Assembly: GCA_040902005.1 (NCBI GenBank)
Contig: JBBDYA010000113.1
Span: forward strand, 1-15,139
Direction of reading: 5' to 3'
From: Gemmatimonadaceae bacterium
Lineage (GTDB): Bacteria > Gemmatimonadota > Gemmatimonadetes > Gemmatimonadales > Gemmatimonadaceae
DNA: 15,139 nucleotides
In this document: in pieces, positions 6,909-13,456 of the stretch
Position numbering within the stretch: the stretch's first letter is position 1
Layout: the number at the start of each line of letters is the position of its first letter
Notes under the pieces: model-generated
Database searches by the model: none
Seen by the model: the letters and a program-made list of their open reading frames with translations, nothing else
What the model was told of the DNA's origin: nothing
Translations under genes and position numbers: made by a program

Positions 6909-7820
6909 GTGATCACGGGCCGCTGGGGCAAACCCTCTGATGTGCTCCTCGACCTCGCCGTCGAGAGCGACGGCACGGTCCGCGGCGTCGCCAACCCGAG
7001 CCGCGAGAATGCGCCGATCCAGCGCGGCCAATTCGACGCGGCCACCGGGGCGCTGGCCCTCGAGGGTGACGTCGCCGGCCCCGACGGCGCGACGGTCCCC
7101 TTCCAGATCACCGGGCGGCTGGACGGACGTACGCTGCGCCTCGCGTACCAGTTCGGCGAGCAGTGCGGGGAGATCTCAATCGTTCGCGTGGAGGAGTGGG
7201 TTCCCCCGCGCGTCACCCTGTTCGACCGACTGAAGCGCCGCGGGGCGGACCTGCAACGCCGGATCGCGGCGCGCTCGCGCCCCACCGGCGCGGAGAACAA
7301 CCTGCGCCTGCGCGAGCGCGGTGAGACGCTGGACACGATCACCTTCCGCGACGCCACGGCGGCCGACATCCCCGCCCTGTCCGAGCTGCACGTCACGACC
7401 TGGAACGCGACGTACAACGTCACGCGCGGCCCGAGCGTCGCGACGCGCGCTGCGCAGTGGACCCAGGTGTTCGCGAAGGAGAACCGGCGCGACTTTCTGC
7501 TGGTGCTCGAGGATCGCGCCGGCCGACTAGTCGGATTCACCTGGGGGATCCCGCACCGCGGGGAGTTCGAGGGGCAGCTCAGCAAGATCTACCTGCGCTG
7601 GGAGTACCACGGGCTCGGGCTTGGCCGGCGCATGATGTCCGAGTCCGCGCGCCGCTTCCTGGACCGCGGCATCCACTCGTTCATCCTCTTCGCGGAGCTC
7701 AGCAATCCCACCCTCGGCTTCTACGACCGCATGGGGGGCGAGCGCCTGCTGAACGATCAGGGACTGTTCGACGGCGCGTATGGCTGGCGCGACGTCAGGA
7801 CTCTCATGCACACCCCTTGA
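6909..7820 (+). CDS. GNAT family N-acetyltransferase with an extra N-terminal beta-rich domain
   Basis: GNAT core: FRDATAADIPALSELHVTTWNATY, LSKIYLRWEYHGLGLGRRMM (acetyl-CoA motif A) and NPTLGFYDRMGG. An in-frame TAG at 6891 bounds the GTG start. No clear SD, so the start is uncertain. Confidence 0.85.
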   Translation: MITGRWGKPSDVLLDLAVESDGTVRGVANPSRENAPIQRGQFDAATGALALEGDVAGPDGATVPFQITGRLDGRTLRLAYQFGEQCGEISIVRVEEWVPPRVTLFDRLKRRGADLQRRIAARSRPTGAENNLRLRERGETLDTITFRDATAADIPALSELHVTTWNATYNVTRGPSVATRAAQWTQVFAKENRRDFLLVLEDRAGRLVGFTWGIPHRGEFEGQLSKIYLRWEYHGLGLGRRMMSESARRFLDRGIHSFILFAELSNPTLGFYDRMGGERLLNDQGLFDGAYGWRDVRTLMHTP

Positions 7821-7864
7821 CATCTGGTGGTCCCGCCGGCACTGTACCCCCAGACATCGAGGGG
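7817..7864 (+). promoter_or_regulatory. padR2 promoter and putative PadR operator
   Basis: Consensus TTGACA (7817-7822, overlapping the GNAT TGA stop)-N17-CACTGT (7840-7845). An imperfect palindrome CCCCCAGACATCGAGGGG (7847-7864) covers the predicted TSS. Confidence 0.6.
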
Positions 7865-7875
7865 ACACGCCTACA

Positions 7876-8205
7876 TTGCCTGCCTACAAAGACCACCTGC
7901 GCGGCACGCTCGACGCGCTCGTACTCAAGACCCTGAGCTTCGGCCCGCGCCACGGCTACGCCATCGCCTCCTGGCTCCGCGAGCAAACCGACGAGGCGCT
8001 GCGCGTCGAGGACGGTTCCCTCTACCCCGCGCTCTATCGCATGGAGCGCGACGGACTCGTCGACGCCGACTGGGGTAAGACCGAGAGTGGCCGCAAGGCA
8101 AAGTTCTACCGCATCACCGACCAGGGACGTCGCCGTCTGCGCGCCGAGGCGACGGAGTTCGCCGGGTTCGTCAAGCTCGTCTCCCCGATTCTCCTGGGGA
8201 GCTGA
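7876..8205 (+). CDS. PadR family transcriptional regulator (ADOP-associated type), about 109 aa
   Basis: Motifs HLRGTLDALVLKTL, RHGYAIA, EDGSLYPALYRME and GRKAKFYRITDQG. Start placed at in-frame TTG 7876, after GAGGGG, because ATG 7780 lies inside the GNAT gene and upstream of the promoter. Confidence 0.9.
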   Translation: MPAYKDHLRGTLDALVLKTLSFGPRHGYAIASWLREQTDEALRVEDGSLYPALYRMERDGLVDADWGKTESGRKAKFYRITDQGRRRLRAEATEFAGFVKLVSPILLGS

Positions 8206-8206
8206 C

Positions 8207-10909
8207 GTGTCCCGCGCCGGCCGCGGCGGCCGACAGTTGGCATCGTTCCTCTGGCGGGCGAGCACGCGCGACGAAGTGGACGCGGATATCGCCTTTCACC
8301 TCGACATGCTCACCGAGGAGCTCGTGCGCCAGGGAATGCCGGAGGGACAGGCGCGCGCCGAAGCCATGCGACGCTTCGGAGATCTGAGCGCCGTGGCCTC
8401 GGAGAGTCGCCGGCTCGCTGACGAGCGGGACTCCATTCGGCGACGATCCGAATGGCGCGACGAGCTGGGACAGGACGCAGTGTTCGCCCTTCGCCAGCTT
8501 CGCCGAGCTCCCGGCTTCTCCGCGATGGCGGTGTTCACGCTCGCGCTCGGATTCGGCGCTACCGCCGCCGTCTTCTCGGCGCTCTACGCGGTCGTGCTCC
8601 AACCCCTGCCCTTCCTGGACGCTGAGCGCGTGGTGGCGCTGCGCCCCACACGAAAGGGTGAGATGACCGGCGGCACCACCGCCGAGTACTTCGCGCTCGT
8701 CGATCGCGCGAAGACCGCGTTTTCGCATGTGGCGGCCAGCGTCGAGACGGGATTCACGGTGCGCGTCGGCAATACCCCCGAGCTGACGGGCGGTGCGCGT
8801 GTGTCCGCCGACTACTTCCGCGTCTTCGGCATCATGCCGCTTCTCGGGCGCGGCTTCACCGCGGACGACGACGTGCCGGGACGCGACGGCGTGGTGGTCC
8901 TCAGCCACGCCGCCTGGATGCGGCGACACAGCGGCGACCCCAACGTGATCGGCCGGGCGATCTCCGTGGATGGAGCGCCGCGCACGGTGATCGGCGTGAT
9001 GCCGGCCTCGATGGACTTCACGGCGAACGCCGACGACCTGTGGGTACCGCTGGCGCTCACGCGTGAAGATGCCTTACGCCAGGGTGCGCGCTTCCTCGAT
9101 TTTCGGGCTCGCGTCCGTGACGAGGTGACCATCGAGCAGGCACGCGCTGCGGCGACGCAGGTCATTCGGTCAGCGATCGAGGCCGATCCCCAGCGCCGGT
9201 CCACCGCGGCCGATTTCGGCGCGGCGGTCCGGCCGCTCATCGACGAGCTCGCCGGCGACTATCGTTCACTTCTCCTCATCCTCCTTGGCGCCGGTGGGTT
9301 CGTGCTGCTCATCGCCGCCACCAACGTCGCGAACCTCCTCATCGCACGCGGCAGTGTTCGCGCGCGCGAACTCTCCATCCGCGCGGCGCTCGGCGCGGGA
9401 CGCCGCCGCCTGCTCCGGCAACTGCTGACCGAGTCCGCCGTGCTGGCACTTGCCGGCACGGTCGTCGGGCTCGCGCTCGCATTCGGACTGTTGCGCGCGG
9501 TACTCGCGGTGAGCCCCGAGGGTGTGCCGCGGCTCGACCAGGCGCGCGTGGACCTGTGGGTACTGGGCTTCACTCTTCTGTGCGCCGCGGGAAGTACCCT
9601 GCTGTTCGGTCTTGTCCCTGCGCTGCGGCTGACGGGAAACAACCTCGAGGCGTCGCTGCGCGCCGGAGGACGCGCGCTCCGCGGTGGACGCGATCGCCTG
9701 CGCGCCGCCCTCGTCGCTGTGGAGGTCGCGTTGGCCATGACGCTCCTCGTCGGCGCAGGGCTGCTCATCCGGAGCGCACTGCTCATCCAGCGCGTGGAGC
9801 CTGGGTTCGACGCCACGGGCGTCTACACCGCGCGAGTGCTGTTGCCGGCTGCACAGTACGGCGACCCCGCTGACATCCGACGGTTCTACGACCAGCTGCA
9901 TCGGGAATCGTCGCAGTTGCCCGCCGTCGCCCACGCGGCCCTCGTGTCGACGGTGCCGCTCTCCGGCAATAGCGCGTCGTCCTCGGTGCGGACGGAGGAG
10001 CTGGGCCCGGACGATCCAGCGCCGCTCGTCCCCAACCTCCGGCTCGCGTCACCCGGGTACTTCGCGACCATGCGCATTCCGTTGCGCGTTGGGCGTGACC
10101 TCGCTCCTGGGGATCGCGTTGACGCGCCGCATGTCATGGTGGTGAATGAGCTGATGGCCGCGCGCCTCTGGCCTGACGTTCCGCTGCGTGACGTCATCGG
10201 CAAGCGGCTCAACGCGATCGCACCCACCATGGAGCAGCCAAACTGGTGGGAGATCGTCGGCGTTGTCGGCAACGTACGCAGTGAAGCACTGGGCGCAGAG
10301 CCGCGGCCGGAGTTCTATGTCCCGATCGCGCAAACGCCGGACCTGCTCTGGCCATACATCCAACGCTCGCTGGTGCTCGTCGCGCGGACGCGGAGCGACG
10401 CTATTGCCGCGGCGACACTCGAGCGCCCGTTGCGCGCCGCCGTCACTGCTATCGATCCGAACCTGCCGATTGCCGAAGGCATGCCGATGGACGACTTCCT
10501 GCGTCAGTCGCGCGGCAGATTGCGATTCAACACACTGGTGCTTGGGACGCTGGGCGGCATCGCACTGCTGCTGGCCGTGATCGGCGTGTACGGCGTGGTG
10601 AGCTACTTCGTGAGCCAGCGCACCCAGGACATTGCCGTCCGCATGGCCCTCGGCGCGACACCGGCGAACATCTGGGCGTATGTCGCCGCGCGCGGTCTGC
10701 TCCCGCTGGCCGCGGGCGTGGGGCTTGGCGTCGTCCTGTCGCTGGCGACCGCGCGCCTCCTCGAGGCGCAGCTGTATCGGGTCACCGCGACTGACCCGCT
10801 CACGATCGGCGCGACCGCGCTGCTCCTGCTCGGCGTATCGGTGGTCGCGATGGTCGGTCCCGCGCGACGGGCGATGCGCGTACAGCCCGTGGAAGCGTTG
10901 AGCGCCTGA
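8207..10909 (+). CDS. ADOP-family duplicated orphan ABC permease, about 900 aa
   Basis: Prefix domain EVDADIAFHLDM...GMPEGQARAEAMRRFGD, then RRAPGFSAMAVFTLALGFGATAAVFS. FtsX motifs ELSIRAALGAGRRRLLRQLLTES and DIAVRMALGAT. GTG 8207 lies 1 nt after the padR stop, with GGGGAG upstream. Confidence 0.93.
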   Translation: MSRAGRGGRQLASFLWRASTRDEVDADIAFHLDMLTEELVRQGMPEGQARAEAMRRFGDLSAVASESRRLADERDSIRRRSEWRDELGQDAVFALRQLRRAPGFSAMAVFTLALGFGATAAVFSALYAVVLQPLPFLDAERVVALRPTRKGEMTGGTTAEYFALVDRAKTAFSHVAASVETGFTVRVGNTPELTGGARVSADYFRVFGIMPLLGRGFTADDDVPGRDGVVVLSHAAWMRRHSGDPNVIGRAISVDGAPRTVIGVMPASMDFTANADDLWVPLALTREDALRQGARFLDFRARVRDEVTIEQARAAATQVIRSAIEADPQRRSTAADFGAAVRPLIDELAGDYRSLLLILLGAGGFVLLIAATNVANLLIARGSVRARELSIRAALGAGRRRLLRQLLTESAVLALAGTVVGLALAFGLLRAVLAVSPEGVPRLDQARVDLWVLGFTLLCAAGSTLLFGLVPALRLTGNNLEASLRAGGRALRGGRDRLRAALVAVEVALAMTLLVGAGLLIRSALLIQRVEPGFDATGVYTARVLLPAAQYGDPADIRRFYDQLHRESSQLPAVAHAALVSTVPLSGNSASSSVRTEELGPDDPAPLVPNLRLASPGYFATMRIPLRVGRDLAPGDRVDAPHVMVVNELMAARLWPDVPLRDVIGKRLNAIAPTMEQPNWWEIVGVVGNVRSEALGAEPRPEFYVPIAQTPDLLWPYIQRSLVLVARTRSDAIAAATLERPLRAAVTAIDPNLPIAEGMPMDDFLRQSRGRLRFNTLVLGTLGGIALLLAVIGVYGVVSYFVSQRTQDIAVRMALGATPANIWAYVAARGLLPLAAGVGLGVVLSLATARLLEAQLYRVTATDPLTIGATALLLLGVSVVAMVGPARRAMRVQPVEALSA

Positions 10910-10973
10910 TCCGTTATTTTCGGGTACGTTGCCGCACCTGTCGCGCCTGCCTACCTGGTCTCCGGAGTCAGCC

Positions 10974-11399
10974 ATGCGTACCCGCACCGTCACCGCCGCT
11001 CTCATCCTGGTGTCGCTCGCCTGCTCCAGTACGGAACCGGTCGTGCTCGAGGGCTCCTATCAGCTCATGTCGGAAAACGGCCAGGCGCTCCCGTCGGACC
11101 CATTCGCCCCAAGCGGGTGCTGCCTGACGCTGAGTGGCTCATTGACGCTCACAGCCGACACGTACAGCCTGCAGACATCGCACCGCAACAAAAACAACAA
11201 CCTCACCTTCGCGAATGCCGAGGAAGGAACGTACGCTCGCGCCAGCAACACGCTGATGTTCAGCCGGACATCGGGCTCCGGGGTGAACTTTCCCTACCTG
11301 CTCGGTCCTGGCACGATCGCCGCCAATGGCAATCTCACTCTGCTATGGGGAGACGAAGGACCCGGCTCCAATCAGGTAAGCGCGGTCTTTGCGAAGTGA
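10974..11399 (+). CDS. Hypothetical lipoprotein, beta-rich (possibly lipocalin-like), 141 aa
   Basis: GGAG precedes ATG 10974. The N-terminus MRTRTVTAALILVSLA-C is a lipobox. Alternating beta-strand patterns (GSYQLMS, SGSLTLT, EEGTYARA) and a CC pair follow. Confidence 0.75.
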   Translation: MRTRTVTAALILVSLACSSTEPVVLEGSYQLMSENGQALPSDPFAPSGCCLTLSGSLTLTADTYSLQTSHRNKNNNLTFANAEEGTYARASNTLMFSRTSGSGVNFPYLLGPGTIAANGNLTLLWGDEGPGSNQVSAVFAK

Positions 11400-11415
11400 T
11401 GCGTGTCGTGCAGAG

Positions 11416-11892
11416 CTATGGCGCGGGCTGCCAGAGCTGAATCGGATTGCCCTCCGGATCCTTCAACCGCGCGAAGCGGCCGTTGGGATACGGCTCCGGG
11501 TCGACGCTGACTTCGATGTCCGCGCGCCGCAGCTGCGCCACCATGGCATCCAGGTCCCTCACGCGGAAGTTGATCATCCACATCTTCGTGGAATCACCGA
11601 AGTACCTGGTGCTCTTCGCGAAGGGCGCCAGCACGGTCATCCCCGCTTCCTGGCGCCACGGCTCCTTCTCGTAGGTGTCCGGTGTTCGCGTCACGCCCAG
11701 GTGTCGCTCGTACCATTCCGAAAGCGCCTTTGGATCCGTCGCCCGAAAGAAGAAGCCGCCGATCCCGGTCACCTTTTCCATCGCAAGCGCATTCGTCGCC
11801 GCCGCAGGGGAGCCCCCGGACTGCGCCGAGACCGTGCTGACGGCGAGCCCCGATAGCATGATGACGTTCAGAAGTGACGCTGCTATTCGCAT
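11416..11892 (-). CDS. VOC / glyoxalase-bleomycin resistance family protein with a predicted signal peptide, 158 aa
   Basis: Core motifs EKVTGIGGFFFRA...WYERHLG, WMINFRVRDLDAM and NGRFARLKDPEGNPIQLWQP. ATG 11892 follows GGGGGAGAG. An alternative start exists at ATG 11781 (MEKVTG). Confidence 0.88.
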   Translation of the reverse strand: MRIAASLLNVIMLSGLAVSTVSAQSGGSPAAATNALAMEKVTGIGGFFFRATDPKALSEWYERHLGVTRTPDTYEKEPWRQEAGMTVLAPFAKSTRYFGDSTKMWMINFRVRDLDAMVAQLRRADIEVSVDPEPYPNGRFARLKDPEGNPIQLWQPAP

Positions 11893-11941
11893 TCCACTCT
11901 CCCCCATGATCGCCAGGCGCCGCTGCACACAGGCCCAACGC

Positions 11942-13156
11942 TCATATATAACGCAGCCAGCTCCCCGGACGACGTGCCTTCACCCCAGCATACCAGCGGC
12001 ACGCGAGATACAGAAGCGCAACGGTTATCGTGAAGACGAGATACAACAGCGCGAGGGACCAACGTCCATCTGCCGGAACCTGCGCGTACGGCGCCGACAC
12101 GTACCATTCGCCATGTGCGGCGCCCGTGCGCGCCATGTTGACGATCAGCGCCGAGACGTGGATGAGCGGGATGTGCAGTAGATAATAGAATAGCGGCACG
12201 CGCCCGATCGTCACCATCCCTTCCGCGACCCACCCGCGCGCGCGCTCGGCGGCCGGGATGAGCGCGATCATCGGCCCCAGCGTCATGAGCAGGAAGAGTT
12301 GCGACGCCGGGTACTTCTGCTGGTCGAGAATCCTGAACAGGAGCGGACGCGTCCCCCCTTCCTCTGCCCCACCGCCCTGCGCCAGCGCGAGTGCCGTCGC
12401 GGCGACGAGGAACGCAACCGTCATCGTGACGCCGAGCCGCCTGCAGATGAGCGAACGCTGCTCGGTGTCCATCGTCATGATCGCGCCGAAGCCGTAGCCG
12501 GCAGCCATGACGCCGATCCATGGCACCAGGACGTACAGCACCGCCATGCCGCCCGCGGCGTCGAGCCCGGTCGGATAGATGAACTCCCACACGCGGCCGA
12601 AGGCAGGTCGGGCGCTCTCGGGAACCAGCCGCGGCGGAAGCGCGAATGCCCATTGCAGGAACACGATGCCAACGCCCAGCCAGCCCACGGTCGCGGGGCG
12701 CAGCCGCACCAGCGCGGCGAGGAGCACCATGCACCAGCCGAGCATCCAGATCACGCCCGCCAACAGAAACCCGTTGTAGTCGATACTGAAGGTCCAGCTG
12801 AAGCGGATGACAGTGAGCTCGAGGACGACGAGCATGAGTCCGCGCGTGGCGAGGTAGCGCGAAAGCGCGCCAGTGTCGCCGAGCTTTCGGCCATGGAGGA
12901 ATGCGGCGGTGCCCGCGAAGAAGACGAAGCCCGGCGCGCAGAAGTGTGTGATCCAGCGCGTGAAGAATATTCCGGCCGTTGGTCCGCCGGCGGGGAGGCC
13001 GGCGTACACGCGCACGTGATCGATGGCCATGAGCACCATGATCAGGCCGCGGAGCAGGTCGAGGGACTGGATGCGGCGCGCGACGCCGGCGATTCCACCG
13101 GCCGGCGGAGTGTACGGTGACGCGTGCGCCGTCTGGGCGCCGGTACTGGCGGACAT
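11942..13156 (-). CDS. DUF1624 / heparan-alpha-glucosaminide N-acetyltransferase-domain multi-pass membrane protein
   Basis: Motifs RIQSLDLLRGLIMVLMAIDHVR, FFTRWITHFCAPGFVFFAG, KYPASQLFLLMTLG and GRVPLFYYLLH, with many hydrophobic segments. Confidence 0.88.
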   Translation of the reverse strand: MSASTGAQTAHASPYTPPAGGIAGVARRIQSLDLLRGLIMVLMAIDHVRVYAGLPAGGPTAGIFFTRWITHFCAPGFVFFAGTAAFLHGRKLGDTGALSRYLATRGLMLVVLELTVIRFSWTFSIDYNGFLLAGVIWMLGWCMVLLAALVRLRPATVGWLGVGIVFLQWAFALPPRLVPESARPAFGRVWEFIYPTGLDAAGGMAVLYVLVPWIGVMAAGYGFGAIMTMDTEQRSLICRRLGVTMTVAFLVAATALALAQGGGAEEGGTRPLLFRILDQQKYPASQLFLLMTLGPMIALIPAAERARGWVAEGMVTIGRVPLFYYLLHIPLIHVSALIVNMARTGAAHGEWYVSAPYAQVPADGRWSLALLYLVFTITVALLYLACRWYAGVKARRPGSWLRYI

Positions 13157-13172
13157 ACGGGAACGTCCGGGC

Positions 13173-13213
13173 TAGGGTGGCCCTAACGTGCGGCTGCCGG
13201 CCCGCGTCCGCAA
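13173..13213 (-). promoter_or_regulatory. Putative promoter of the DUF1624-VOC unit, with a small palindrome at the TSS
   Basis: Minus strand TTGCGG (13213-13208)-N17-CACGTT (13190-13185). Inverted repeat TAGGG-tgg-CCCTA (13173-13185). Confidence 0.4.
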
Positions 13214-13243
13214 CTTCGCGCTACCCGCGTTCCGTTCGCGACG

Positions 13244-13379
13244 GGGCGAGCGGTGTGCGGCTCGCTCCGCGCGCACGCTCGACTCGCGCTGCTCGTCTCG
13301 CTTGGCCTCGCCGACCACCCGCTTCGCGGGTACCCGGCCGACTCAGACAGCGCGCGTCGGAGCCGCACACCGCTCGCCC
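13244..13379. mobile_element. 136-bp MITE/REP-like element with perfect 20-bp terminal inverted repeats (copy 1)
   Basis: Arms GGGCGAGCGGTGTGCGGCTC (13244-13263) and GAGCCGCACACCGCTCGCCC (13360-13379). Further inner pairing CGCGCGC/GCGCGCG and an internal hairpin ACCCGC-ttc-GCGGGT (13317-13331). A second copy starts at 15080. No target-site duplication is evident, so mobility is inferred. Confidence 0.7.
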
Positions 13380-13415
13380 AGCGCGCTTCGTCACGCGTCG
13401 TCACCCTTCACGCGC

Positions 13416-13451
13416 TTGCGGCGCCGCGGTTACAGCGCGATGCTCTACGCG
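13416..13451 (+). promoter_or_regulatory. Putative promoter giving a leaderless or near-leaderless transcript
   Basis: TTGCGG (13416-13421)-N17-GATGCT (13439-13444). The predicted +1 at about 13451 coincides with an in-frame GTG two codons before ATG 13457. No SD is present. Confidence 0.35.
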
Positions 13452-13456
13452 TGCTG

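Noticed and set aside
6482..7585. 367-aa minus-strand ORF
   Set aside because: Antisense to two genes with recognisable domains. Its Ser/Arg-rich composition is typical of a non-coding frame.
13180..13435. Possible integron attC site (CCCTAAC ... GTTACAG around a palindromic region)
   Set aside because: The ends do not fit RYYYAAC/GTTRRRY and are not complementary beyond AAC/GTT. The span is too long, the flanking genes are divergent, and no integrase is present.
13253..13456. 68-codon N-terminal extension of the last CDS in the ORF track
   Set aside because: It runs through the repeat element and the predicted promoter. The signal peptide starts at 13451/13457.
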